Assembly: GCA_963663035.1 (NCBI GenBank)
Contig: OY760074.1
Location: 384,001 to 448,000, forward strand
DNA: 64,000 nucleotides
Direction of reading: 5' to 3'
Source: Acidobacteriota bacterium
Lineage (GTDB): Bacteria > Acidobacteriota > UBA6911 > RPQK01 > JADFOI01
The notes beneath the pieces are model-generated. The model had not been told where the DNA came from and ran no database searches. It saw only the letters and a list, made by a program, of their open reading frames with translations. Of this stretch, positions 1 through 11,200 are shown piece after piece. Each line of letters opens with the position of its first letter. Positions within the stretch are counted from its first letter, which is position 1. Made by a program: the position numbers and the translations under genes.

Positions 1-2034
1 AACGTTCGCAGATTCACGCCCACCCTGGACGAAGAGGACTACTGGGTGCTGGTTCCCCGCACGGTCAGGGCCTGGGCGTCGCGATTCGGTAATCTGGAAG
101 GCCTTGAAGGCCTGACCTCGAACCGGCACGTGGAGGTTCTGCCTTATGTGGCTGGTTTTTCCACCCTTACGGGCGACAGCGATCCGCTGAATCCTTTCGA
201 TAGCGGCGGCAATCTGAAGAGCCAGGCGGGACTCGATCTGAAAATCGGAGTCGGATCGAACCTGACCCTGGATACGACCTTCAATCCGGACTTCGGGCAG
301 GTCGAGGCCGATCCGGCGGAGGTAAATCTTTCTGCGAACGAGACGATATTCCCAGAGAAACGGCCCTTTTTCACCGAGGGCGCACGCCTGATGACCTTCA
401 CCTCAGCCACCAACTTCTTTCACTCCCGCCGCATCGGTGCCAGGCCTACAGGACCGGCCAGTGGCGACTACGTGGACTATCCGCGGGAGAGCACCATACT
501 GGCTGCGGGAAAACTCACGGGTCGCCTCCCCTCGGGAACTTCTCTGGGGATGCTGGCGGCGGTGACCAATGAGGAGAGGGCAGACGTTTTTGACAACGCA
601 TCGGGAATCACCACCCCGGTCCGCGTGGCGGCCAGGACCACCTATACCCTGGCCCGAGTTCAGCAGGAATTTGGACCCAACACCTCCACGATAAGCGGTA
701 TGGCGACCGCGGTGCTGCGGAACATCCAGCCGGGGGATCCGCTGGCGGACCTTCTGGTACGCCGGGCCTTTGCCTGGGCCACCGACTCGACGCTGCGTTT
801 CAAGGGCGGCCAGTATGAGCTGGATTCCTACTACGGCATGACCTATCTCCAGGGGGAGCCGGAGGCGGTGGCCCGGGTCCAGCGATCCAGCGCCCACTAT
901 TTCCAGCGCCCCGATCGGGACTATCACCCTTACGATCCAACCCGCCGCTCCCTGATGGGTTACAAGGTGGGAGCCATCTTCCGGAAGACCGGGGGCCGGC
1001 ACTGGCTCTGGAGCATCACCAATCACAACGAGTCACCCGAGTTTGAAGCCAACGATATCGGTCGCCTTAACTCTGCCGATAGCCACTCCTTCAACGGCGA
1101 CCTGCGCTACCGCGAAACGGAGCCGGGAAAGATCTTCCGAGGCTACTCGATCGGCCTCCGCCAGAATAACGAATGGACCTACGGCGGCGATCGGCAGGTG
1201 GCCTCGATGGGTGTCTTCACCAACCAGACATGGAAAAACTTCTGGACCACGGACGTCTCCCTCACCAGGAACTTCCGGCATCCGGATTCACGCATGACGC
1301 GGGGCGGGCCGCTCATGGAGAGACCGAGCAGCTGGAGCTTGAATCTTAATTTGCGCAACAGGCGGTCCTCGCAGACGACCTGGAGCACTCAGGTCCAGCT
1401 CGGAACAACGGAGGACGGCGGTCTGACCCAGGTCTTCAACGGCAGCCTCGCCTTCCGTCCAGGGAACCAGTGGCAGGTCTCCATCGGTCCCAGGCTGCGT
1501 CGGCAGATCGATACCCAGCAGTACTTGACCACGCTGGAGGGCGGCAGGCCGGAGACCTTCGATATGCGCTACGTTTTTGGAACCATTGATCGCAACACCT
1601 ATGCGGTGCGGTTTCGTCTTGGCTACACTTTCAAGCCTGATTTGAATCTGGATGTGTACGCGGAGCCGTTTGCGGCCAGCGGACATTATTACGACCAGGG
1701 AGAGCTGGCCGAGCCGTCGACGAGGCTGCGTCGGATCTACGGCACAGACGGTACCACGGCTGTCAAGCAACCGGACGGCAGCTTGCTGGTCACCGACGGG
1801 GCCGACGCCTTCACACTGCGTAATTCCGATTTCAACGTCCATTCCTTTCGGGCCAACGTCGTGCTGCGCTGGGAATGGCGTCTGGGAAGCACCTTGTTTG
1901 TGGTGTGGGAGCAAGACCGAAGAGAGAGGGAATCGATCGGTGATCGCATCTCACTGCTGGACCCCTTCCGCTCGCTCACCGCGCCGGGAAACAACTTCTT
2001 CGTGGTCAAGACGACGTTCTGGTGGTCCCCGTGA
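1..2034 (+). CDS. DUF5916-type outer-membrane beta-barrel/hydrolase-associated protein, 5'-truncated by window edge
   Basis: Frame is open from base 1 (NVRRFTPTLDEEDYW...). Motifs NPDFGQVEADPAEVNLS and PEKRPFFTEG, plus C-terminal N-V-V-L-R-W-E-W and terminal aromatic residues, are typical of this family. Confidence 0.75.
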   Translation, partial: NVRRFTPTLDEEDYWVLVPRTVRAWASRFGNLEGLEGLTSNRHVEVLPYVAGFSTLTGDSDPLNPFDSGGNLKSQAGLDLKIGVGSNLTLDTTFNPDFGQVEADPAEVNLSANETIFPEKRPFFTEGARLMTFTSATNFFHSRRIGARPTGPASGDYVDYPRESTILAAGKLTGRLPSGTSLGMLAAVTNEERADVFDNASGITTPVRVAARTTYTLARVQQEFGPNTSTISGMATAVLRNIQPGDPLADLLVRRAFAWATDSTLRFKGGQYELDSYYGMTYLQGEPEAVARVQRSSAHYFQRPDRDYHPYDPTRRSLMGYKVGAIFRKTGGRHWLWSITNHNESPEFEANDIGRLNSADSHSFNGDLRYRETEPGKIFRGYSIGLRQNNEWTYGGDRQVASMGVFTNQTWKNFWTTDVSLTRNFRHPDSRMTRGGPLMERPSSWSLNLNLRNRRSSQTTWSTQVQLGTTEDGGLTQVFNGSLAFRPGNQWQVSIGPRLRRQIDTQQYLTTLEGGRPETFDMRYVFGTIDRNTYAVRFRLGYTFKPDLNLDVYAEPFAASGHYYDQGELAEPSTRLRRIYGTDGTTAVKQPDGSLLVTDGADAFTLRNSDFNVHSFRANVVLRWEWRLGSTLFVVWEQDRRERESIGDRISLLDPFRSLTAPGNNFFVVKTTFWWSP

Positions 2035-2217
2035 AGCGGTTCTAACCCACATTTCCCCAGTTTCTTTTCTGTCTACAGCGGGTTCGATTTGTCAGCCACG
2101 GTTGACATTTGTTGTCGAGATCCAGGTTTTCCACTTCCCAGCGGATTCTCGAATTCCGTGGATAAACCCAGAACTACGGGCTTCTGAGGCCAATAGTACC
2201 GGTACTCTTCCGCTCTC

Positions 2218-2233
2218 TGGAACGAAACTTGCT
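2218..2233 (+). promoter_or_regulatory. sigma-54 (-24/-12) promoter candidate
   Basis: TGGAACGAAACTTGCT matches TGGCACG-N4-TTGCW, with GG (2219) and GC (2231) exactly 12 bp apart; about 90 bp upstream of the ATG at 2321. Confidence 0.6.
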
Positions 2234-2320
2234 TGGAGGCGTTTGTTTGCAAAGCCTCAAGAGTCAAGTCACATCACGGAAACCTCCTGCCTGGAGGTCC
2301 CACCAAAGGAGGGTCTTAAG

Positions 2321-3469
2321 ATGGTTTACTTCAGTCACATGATGAGAGCACTACTCGTTGGAGTAACGTTGATTGTGCTGACGAGCGCGTCTGCCGCGGC
2401 ACAAGTGCGAATCGACGGAGACACGCCAGGTCTCTTGCGCGAGGAAGAGAGGGGAAGACTGGCCCCCGAATATTGTCAGGAAAGTCAGGCTAGTCATGAC
2501 CGGTTGTCTGCAACAATGGACAAAATGAAAAATGACACTGCCTACCAGATGACGATAAAACGGGCGAAGGACCTGATCAGGAGCTCCGAAGCCGACCGCC
2601 TGGCAGCGGACAAGGAAGTACAAGACCTCGTCCTCAAGACCGCTCTGAGCGAACTCATGAGTTTTGGGAAAGGTTTAAAGAGTTCGAAGACCCTGGTTGA
2701 CAAAGCCCTGAAGAGAGTTCCCGGGAAATATAACCAGGCGATACGGGAGTCTGGAGAACACGTCCAAGAGATCGCTATGAACTTCGATAAACTGGAAAAG
2801 TCTGCAAAAGCCGGTGCAGAGTATGGAATCGAGATGCAGAACGAAAGTCGTGACCTTTCCCAGAATCTCGACAGCTGGAAAAAGTTTATCAAGAAGACCG
2901 AGCTTTCTGAAGAGATTCTTTCCGCCTCAGGAGAACATTTGGCATTGACCTTCTTTGGACCTGCTGGTGAATTAGCTTTCAAATCGGCCATGTTTTCCAT
3001 CGGCTATTCCGTTTCAACAGGAAAGGGTTATATCAGTGATAGTGTTCGCAATCAGGCCATGGAGAACCTCGAGAGGGTAACCTCTGCTCGGCGGGAGATG
3101 GAAAGCAAGTTGTTCGGACTCGGAGAGGTCATTCAGGAGTGCCAACTTGCTGACCAAAGAGATCAGCAAAGGGAAGAACAGCAGGCCAACCTAGAAGGAG
3201 GGAGCAGCAGTGCTGCCACCGTCCCCATTGTCATTGGCACCGTTGCGGCTGTCGGAGCTGGTGGGGCGTATGCTGCCTCGCAAATTGATTGGAGTGGATT
3301 TGGCACTGGAGATTCCGGTGGCAGCTGCGGAAGTTCTCCTGCAGCCCAAGTGAATGCGGCCTGCTTTCCCTTCAGTTCTGGATGTAACGCGGCCATCGCG
3401 GCAATGACCTCATGGTGTCAATGTAACGGATTTAGCACCTTCAATGTCAACACTGGAGGGTGCCAGTAA
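2321..3469 (+). CDS. Exported hypothetical protein with helical core, hydrophobic Gly/Ala segment and 6-Cys C-terminal domain
   Basis: AAGGAGG RBS just before ATG 2321; signal peptide MRALLVGVTLIVLTSASAAA; the ORF-track start at 1652 is an over-extension. Confidence 0.75.
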   Translation: MVYFSHMMRALLVGVTLIVLTSASAAAQVRIDGDTPGLLREEERGRLAPEYCQESQASHDRLSATMDKMKNDTAYQMTIKRAKDLIRSSEADRLAADKEVQDLVLKTALSELMSFGKGLKSSKTLVDKALKRVPGKYNQAIRESGEHVQEIAMNFDKLEKSAKAGAEYGIEMQNESRDLSQNLDSWKKFIKKTELSEEILSASGEHLALTFFGPAGELAFKSAMFSIGYSVSTGKGYISDSVRNQAMENLERVTSARREMESKLFGLGEVIQECQLADQRDQQREEQQANLEGGSSSAATVPIVIGTVAAVGAGGAYAASQIDWSGFGTGDSGGSCGSSPAAQVNAACFPFSSGCNAAIAAMTSWCQCNGFSTFNVNTGGCQ

Positions 3470-3473
3470 GCCT

Positions 3474-4740
3474 TGACCTTGCCCCCTAAAACGAGTCCAG
3501 TTTGAATGTTAGGATTTCCGGTTTAGGAAGGAGGCAAGGATGGCAGGGAAGCGGTTTAGGGCAGAACAGATCATCATGAAGCTGCGTGAGGCAGAGGTGG
3601 GTCTGGCCCAAGGACAGAGGGTGGGACAGGTGTCGAAGCAGATGGGGGTGAGCGAGCAGACCTACTACCGGTGGCGCAAAGAGTACGGAGGGCTCCGGTT
3701 GGACCAGGCCAAGAGGTTGAAGGTGTTGGAGAAGGAGAATACCCGGTTGAAGAAGCTGGTGGCGGATCTGTCTTTGGACAAGCAGATCCTGAAGGAAGTG
3801 TCCTCGGGAAACTTCTAGGCCCGGCGAACAGGAGACGAGCGGTGATGTGGGTACGAGAGCGATTAGGAGCAGAGCGAGTCTCCGAACGTCGGGCCTGCCA
3901 AGTGCTGGGACAGGTTCGATCGACCCAGCGAAGGGAAAGGCAAATTCCCGATGATGAGGCCCGATTGGTGGCCCGGATGGTGGAGTTGGCTACGCAATAC
4001 GGGCGTTATGGCTACCGGCGGGTCACGGCGATACTTCATGGGGAAGGGTGGAAGGTGAATCCTAAGCGGGTGGAGAGGCTGTGGAGACAAGAAGGGCTGA
4101 AAGTCCCGTCCAGACAGCCGAAACGAAGGAGGCTGTGGCTTAATGACGGTTCCTGTGTTCGGTTACGAGCGGCTCGCAAGAACCACGTCTGGAGCTATGA
4201 TTTCGTGCATGAACGGACCCATGATGGGCGAGCCTTTCGGCTATTGACGATCCTGGATGAGTACACCAGAGAGTGCCTCGCCATTGATGTGAAACGGCAG
4301 ATGAATCACCAAGACGTGTTGGACCGGCTGGCGGAGTTATTCGTTGATCGGGGAGTGCCTGAGTTTATCCGGTCCGATAACGGATCGGAGTTTACGGCAC
4401 AGGCGGTCCGGGACTGGCTGCAGGCTGTTGGGGTAAGGACCTTGTACATCGAGCCGGGCAGCCCCTGGGAGAATGGGTACATTGAGAGTTTCAACGGGAA
4501 ACTACGGGATGAGCTGCTGAACATGGAGATCTTCGACACGCTGGGGGAAGCCAAGGTGTTGGTAGAACGCTGGCGGAGGGATTACAATCAGATCCGGCCT
4601 CACAGCGCCTTGGCCTATCGGCCGCCGGCGCCAGAGGCCAAACTACCTAGGTCGCAGGCACTGGATCCAATCCCTTGGAGTGGACTTCAAATGGTCCCGG
4701 GTCTAGCATAGAGGGTGGGCTCGTTCGTGGGGGCAGGTCA
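3474..4740 (+). mobile_element. IS3-family insertion sequence, copy 1 (1267 bp)
   Basis: TG...CA ends; IRL TGACCTTGCCCCCTAAAACGAGTCCA and IRR TGACCTGCCCCCACGAACGAGCCCA; orfA/orfB layout; near-identical copies at 5861-7127 and 46786-48052. Confidence 0.97.
3540..4711 (+). CDS. IS3-family transposase OrfAB (programmed -1 frameshift)
   Basis: orfA 3540-3818 has an HTH. orfB is in the -1 frame with DDE motifs ([29 protein letters not shown]). Slippery heptamer G GGA AAC at 3806-3812 lies just before the orfA stop. Confidence 0.95.
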
Positions 4741-5860
4741 GAATGTTACCTATGATGCCGCGGGACAGATACTGACGGCGACCAATCCTGCCGGCGGAAC
4801 TTATAGCTTGACCTACAACGCCGACGAAACGATGCTTTCGTTAACGGACTCCGCAGGCAACACCACAACCTTTGGTTACGACAATTTGCGACGTCTCAAC
4901 AGAGTCACTTTCGCTGACGCTGCGACGCGCGACTTCACTTACGATTCCAGAAACTACGTTCTAACCATCGAGGACAGAGGGGGTAATACAACCTCATATG
5001 CCTATGACGCCAACGGTAACATGACAGCTGTCACCGACCCAATGGGTAACCCTATTACCGGGGTCTACGACAATATGGATCGGCTTACCTCTATTGCGGA
5101 TTCGATGAACAAGTCCGCGACGCGAGAATACGACAGCTTGGGCAGAGTAAAAAGCTATACCCAACGTGATGGCAGCATCATCGGCTTAAGCTACGATGAG
5201 CGAGGAAGGTTGACATCGATTACGGATGCGGCAAGCAAAGTATGGACTCGGAGCTTCGACGCAGAAAGCGTTATTGCCGCGGCTGCCGATCCCCTGTCCA
5301 ATTCAAAGTCTTACACGTCCGATGTGATGGGAAGGATTACCCGATATTCTAGCCCCTTGGGGAACGTCATTGAATGGACGTATGACAGTATGGGGCGGGT
5401 GACTGCAACCACAAATTCCCTTGGCGAAACAACAACGACCAGCTATAACGCCAACGGTCAAGTGACCAGCGTGGCTTTAGCTGGTTCGTCCATCGTAGTT
5501 TCTTATGAAAGAAGCGTGTTGGGACAAATTACCAAAGTTAGCGATCCCAACCAAAATGTTTGGGAGCGGGCATACGATACGCAGGGCCGGTTGACTTTCT
5601 TTGCCGATCCCCTTGCTAATGCAACCTCCGTTGATTATGACACCGTTAACCGAGCGTCGAGGATCACCCTGCCTGAGGGAACCCTCGACCTCACTTACGA
5701 TGCTTCTGGCAACTTGACTCGTAAACTTTACTCCGATGGGACCGATTTGAACTACAGCCATGATCAGCGCAAGCTGATGACAAGTGCTGACGGCGTTTCG
5801 ATTACTTACGACGGCAATGGTCGTATCGTTGAGAGCAACGGCTTAACCATAGCGCGAGAC
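4741..5860 (+). pseudogene. Internal fragment of a YD-repeat (Rhs/teneurin-like) protein gene, truncated at both ends by IS3 copies
   Basis: Continuous YD repeats (YDAAGQ, YDNLRRL, YDANGNM, YDSLGRV, YDERGRL...). The apparent start and stop both lie inside IS ends; no Rhs core end or C-terminal toxin is present. Confidence 0.88.
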
Positions 5861-7127
5861 TGACCTGCCCCCACGAACGAGTCCACCCTCTATGCTAGAC
5901 CCGGGACCATTTGAAGTCCACTCCAAGGGATTGGATCCAGTGCCTGCGACCTAGGTAGTTTGGCCTCTGGCGCCGGCGGCCGATAGGCCAAGGCGCTGTG
6001 AGGCCGGATCTGATTGTAATCCCTCCGCCAGCGTTCTACCAACACCTTGGCTTCCCCCAGCGTGTCGAAGATCTCCATGTTCAGCAGCTCATCCCGTAGT
6101 TTCCCGTTGAAACTCTCAATGTACCCATTCTCCCAGGGGCTGCCCGGCTCGATGTACAAGGTCCTTACCCCAACAGCCTGCAGCCAGTCCCGGACCGCCT
6201 GTGCCGTAAACTCCGATCCGTTATCGGACCGGATAAACTCAGGCACTCCCCGATCAACGAATAACTCCGCCAGCCGGTCCAACACGTCTTGGTGATTCAT
6301 CTGCCGTTTCACATCAATGGCGAGGCACTCTCTGGTGTACTCATCCAGGATCGTCAATAGCCGAAAGGCTCGCCCATCATGGGTCCGTTCATGCACGAAA
6401 TCATAGCTCCAGACGTGGTTCTTGCGAGCCGCTCGTAACCGAACACAGGAACCGTCATTAAGCCACAGCCTCCTTCGTTTCGGCTGTCTGGACGGGACTT
6501 TCAGCCCTTCTTGTCTCCACAGCCTCTCCACCCGCTTAGGATTCACCTTCCACCCTTCCCCATGAAGTATCGCCGTGACCCGCCGGTAGCCATAACGCCC
6601 GTATTGCGTAGCCAACTCCACCATCCGGGCCACCAATCGGGCCTCATCATCGGGAATTTGCCTTTCCCTTCGCTGGGTCGATCGAACCTGTCCCAGCACT
6701 TGGCAGGCCCGACGTTCGGAGACTCGCTCTGCTCCTAATCGCTCTCGTACCCACATCACCGCTCGTCTCCTGTTCGCCGGGCCTAGAAGTTTCCCGAGGA
6801 CACTTCCTTCAGGATCTGCTTGTCCAAAGACAGATCCGCCACCAGCTTCTTCAACCGGGTATTCTCCTTCTCCAACACCTTCAACCTCTTGGCCTGGTCC
6901 AACCGGAGCCCTCCGTACTCTTTGCGCCACCGGTAGTAGGTCTGCTCGCTCACCCCCATCTGCTTCGACACCTGTCCCACCCTCTGTCCTTGGGCCAGAC
7001 CCACCTCTGCCTCACGCAGCTTCATGATGATCTGTTCTGCCCTAAACCGCTTCCCTGCCATCCTTGCCTCCTTCCTAAACCGGAAATCCTAACATTCAAA
7101 CTGGACTCGTTTTAGGGGGCAAGGTCA
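5861..7127 (-). mobile_element. IS3-family insertion sequence, copy 2 (inverted)
   Basis: Reverse complement of copy 1; same IRs and 1267-bp length. Confidence 0.97.
5890..7061 (-). CDS. IS3-family transposase OrfAB (-1 frameshift)
   Basis: Translations identical to copy 1 (orfA 6783-7061; orfB ends at 5890). Confidence 0.95.
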
Positions 7128-7147
7128 GTTGACCGTCACTGGGCCTC

Positions 7148-7474
7148 ATGAGTAGAATTGCCGCGATGCCATCATCGGAGGCTGAGCTGGTACAGATTCA
7201 AGGCACTTACGGAGGGGGCCAGCTCAACCCTGAGAGCCGACACCAGAGAGAACTCGGTGAGCGTGTGTTAAGTCGGTTGGGCTTCCGATACTGCCGGGTA
7301 CACCATCACGACCAAATTGCCAGGATTGAGGTCGAGTCTTCGGAAGAGTTTCAAAGGCTGCTTTCTCCTGAATTCCGTGATGAAGTCATAAAAAGCTTTC
7401 GGGAGATCGGCTTCACTTATACTGCTGTTGATCTGCAAGCAGGGGATCGACAGTACGAGGAGGGAGAATCATGA
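7148..7474 (+). pseudogene. C-terminal remnant of a LarE-like (TIGR00268) sacrificial sulfur transferase
   Basis: E-x-V-L-x-x-LGF-x-x-CRV-x-HH-x-x-IARIEV...F-x-x-IGF-x-Y-x-x-VDL resembles the LarE C-terminus; the N-terminal PP-loop is absent and the fragment abuts an IS end. Confidence 0.65.
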
Positions 7475-8208
7475 GAATCGCAGAAGCAAGTGCATCCACC
7501 GTCTCAGATCTTTGGACACAAATACAAGCGCGAGTCGGGAACTCCCAACACCTGGAGAATGCTGCCCAGGAGCTTGCCACTGCTGTGCATTCGCAGTTCG
7601 ATGAGTCGGTCGTGATCGCTCGAGTGTTTGTGACCGTTCCTTTCAATGCGCTGCCAGAGAGCAACAAGGACTTCGTTCGCAAACTGGCTGAGTCGGCAGG
7701 AGCGAATGAGGATTTGAAACCAGGCACGCCTGTACTTTCGCTGATCGGCACCCATGGCCAGGAGGAGGACTGGGATGATCGTCGGAAGTCCAAGGGTCAC
7801 GTTGGTATTCCGTTGATTTCCTCCTCCTTTGTGGGCACCATTCCCATGATCGCCCGCCTTTTGCAGGAACTCGGAGTCCCTCTGGACTGGGCGGACAGCC
7901 ACGATACAGAAATCATCGTACAAACTTTGGGTGGTGCACAGGGATTGTTCTTCGTGGAGGATGCCGGCCAGGCCACAGATCAGGAGGGCAGGAAAATTAT
8001 CGCTGCACAGGACTTTGTTTCCTCCTATGATGTGAAAAGTGTCTTTGGCACTGGGGGAGTTTATCCCAATGGGCAGATGTTTGTGGTGGTTGTATTCTGC
8101 CGCGACTCCTTTGCGAAATCTGAAGCCGAGCACTTTCTGGCACTGACCCAGAGCTTTCAAGGGGAGACGACTTCCCTGGCTGGGTCCGCCGCTATTTTTG
8201 CCGACTAG
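7471..8208 (+). CDS. Conserved hypothetical protein (possible GAF-like fold)
   Basis: 245-aa ORF with GGGAG RBS and ATGA overlap with the upstream ORF; globular composition. Confidence 0.75.
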   Translation: MRIAEASASTVSDLWTQIQARVGNSQHLENAAQELATAVHSQFDESVVIARVFVTVPFNALPESNKDFVRKLAESAGANEDLKPGTPVLSLIGTHGQEEDWDDRRKSKGHVGIPLISSSFVGTIPMIARLLQELGVPLDWADSHDTEIIVQTLGGAQGLFFVEDAGQATDQEGRKIIAAQDFVSSYDVKSVFGTGGVYPNGQMFVVVVFCRDSFAKSEAEHFLALTQSFQGETTSLAGSAAIFAD

Positions 8209-8220
8209 AAAAGCGTTTGG

Positions 8221-11200
8221 TTAGGGCAGGAAGGTCTTGGGTTTAGGTGGCTGGCCCCTTGGCTTCGGCTCTTCTTCTTCGACCGTTTTCTCTTCTTCGA
8301 TGGGCGGTTCTTCTTCGATGGGTTTCTCATCTTGGACTGGCCTCTCTTCTTGGACAGCCTGTTCTTCTGTTTTTTCCTCTGGAATGCTTTCTGGTAGGGC
8401 AGCAGGAGTAAATTCGCCTTGCTTCTCCAACTCCAGAAACTTCTCCACGATGTCAGGATCGAAGTCGATACCCGAGTGGGAACGCAAGTGCTCCCGTATC
8501 TCTTCAGGGGCCCAGGCTTTGCGGTAGGGGCGGTCTGAGCACAGCAGATCCCAGGCCTCAACAACTGCAAAGACGCGGGCCGCCAGGGGAATCTCTCTTC
8601 CTTTCAAACCACGCGGATAACCGGAACCGTCCCACTTCTCGTGGTGACAATGGGGAATATTCACGGCTGCGCGCAAGTAGGGAATTTCTGACATGAGTTC
8701 GAAAGCATAGCCGGGATGCTGTCGCATGATTTTCCACTCTTCCTCGGTGAGCGGACCCGGTTTGTGGAGAATGCTCTCGGGGATCCTGATTTTGCCGATA
8801 TCGTGGAGTAGGGCTCCGTGGCGCACATGGACCAGATCCCGTCCCTCCATTCCCACTCTCTCCCCCAATTGCAATGTCCACTCAGCCACTCGGTGACTGT
8901 GTCCAGTCGTCAGCTGCTCTCGGAGATCAAGGGCATAAGACACCTTTTCCAGAGTGCTGTCGTAAGCAAAACCCAGTCCTGTATTTTGACGTTGTAATGT
9001 CTCGATCAGGTCTGCATTGTCAATAGCAACAGCCGCCTGAGCAGCCACCGTGGACAAAAAGTCCAGCCACTCCGGATCAGGTGACAGAGAGGAGCGATTC
9101 AAGATCTCCAGAACGCCCTTGAGTTCGCCTCGGGCCACCAGGGGCATGGCATAATAGGCCACGAAGCCCTCGTCAGCAAGGAGTTCAGCCCGTTTGGAAC
9201 CCTCTTCTGAGTCACGCAGATCTGGGATGCGAATGAGTTCGCGTTCCAAGGCGGCTTTGCCGGCAACATCCTCTCCTATATTGACCTGAGAACGTGCGAT
9301 AGCGATGTTGCGAAATCCAAGGCCGGAGAAGTGTTTGAGAATATGGGTGTCCGGATTGAAGAGCAGTACGCTGGCCGCGTCTACTCCCAGTTGAGAGGTG
9401 AGCTGCTCCAAGATGACTTTGGCCGTGATCTGCAGATCGAGGCCGCTGGAAGTGGCAACGTCGATGGCGTGAATGACATCCAGAAGCTCTATCTGACGCT
9501 GACGTCCCTCTTCGACTTGCTTGCGCTCGGTGATGTCTCGGACAGTGAAAACAATGCCCGAGACGGGTGGGTCGCTGAGGTTCTTGCTGCTTCCCTCCAC
9601 GGTGATCCATGAATCTGCCTTGTTGTGAAGTCGAAGCTGCATCAAGGCGGTAGCACCGGGCTCTTTCTTCAACTTTTCCATGGCCCTACTGAAAACGGCG
9701 ACATCATCGGGATGACTCAGTTCACGAAGACTCTTTCCTTCCAGCTCGCCCAGCTTGTATCCCAGCATCTCTTCAAGGGAGGAGCCTTCGAAGCGCATGA
9801 CTCCATCCTGGTCGAGAATGATGAGGGCGTCTGCGGAGTTTTCCACCAGGGAGCGAAAGTATTCCGCACTCTCCTGGTCAGCTTGTTCGGCTTCCTGGTG
9901 CTCGGTGATATCGACTCCTGTCAAGATGACACAAGCCACAGAGCCCTTTTCGTCCTTCAAGGCCGTCTCTGACCAGGTCACCAATCGACGAGTTGCATCC
10001 TTTGTTACCCAATTGTCTTCATGGGTGTACGGAAATTGATCACTCTTGAGATCCTTGAAGAAGGCTTGAGCGGACCGTGCCTCATCCGGAGGCAGCAGGA
10101 AGTCCCAGAGATGCTTATTTCTGACCTCATTGACCGAGTAACCACTGAGCTCCTCACAGGCCTGGTTGAAAAGGAGGATTCGTCCTTCCTTGTCCAGGGC
10201 CAGGACCAGGCTGGCAGCTGACCTGAGAACCGAGGAGTAGAAGTTTCGTTCTTTCTTTAACTTGTCTTCAGCCTGCTTTTGTTGTGTGATTTCACGGATG
10301 GTGGAAACCAAGCCGGTGGTTTCGCCTTCTTTATCCTGAAGTCGGCTGACCGAGGAACTCACATGAATTTCTTTCCCACTGTTCAGGATGTGAGTATTCC
10401 TTCCCCGCCAAAACCCTTTTGCGGCTAAAGCTTCCCCACTTGCCTTTTCATCTTCGGCATTGAGCCAGCGTTTCTGATAAACCTCGTCCAACTTCATGCC
10501 CAGGGCATCATCGGAAACAATGTCATACATTTTTTCTGCTGACCGATTCCAGTAGGTGATGTTGCGCTCATTGTCGACCGCCACCACGGCATCAGGGACC
10601 TGAGAGAGGAGCTTGGAATGGAAGGGAAGGACTCCTTTTTTCCGCTCCTCCCCGGTGATGTCGCGCAACACCAGGAGCAGAGCCTTATTTCCGTTGTCGG
10701 TGGTAGGGGCCGCTTCCAATTCGAGGTCGATTTCCTCTCCATCGAGGCGAACGAACCTCTCCTTAAGCAGAATCCTCTTTTTGCTTGCTGCTTCCCTCCC
10801 TGGAGGCTGTTCCTCCGCCCCTTGAAGTCTTTCCTCCAGCCTCTTTCGAGTGTCCGGGTGGGCGAAATCGGCAAAGGATTTCTTCACAACCTGCTTAGGA
10901 CTTGCCGCTCCCAAGAAGTGTGCACCGACTCGATTGATGAGAGTCACCTCCCCTTGTGTGAGGAGAGCGATCCCCACCGGACAGAGCTCCAGGAGGTTGC
11001 GAGCCCGTGCGACGCCTTCTTCCAGGGAAGCCTCCGACTGTTTTTTCTCTCTTTGGACCTTGCTCTCCTGCACAACACGCTTGACCACCTGTCCCAGTCG
11101 GTTCAGTCGGGCTTTGAGCAGAAAGTCGGCCGCACCCTGTTTGAGGCACTCGACTGCCAGTTCCTCACCCACCTTCCCACCGAGAACAATAAATGGGATG

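Noticed and set aside
1652-2320. N-terminal 223 aa of the 605-aa track ORF
   Set aside because: Overlaps the DUF5916-type gene in another frame; RBS, signal peptide and promoter all point to a start at 2321.
4715-5863. Complete Rhs toxin gene
   Set aside because: Start and stop come from IS ends; no DPxG core end, toxin tip or immunity gene.
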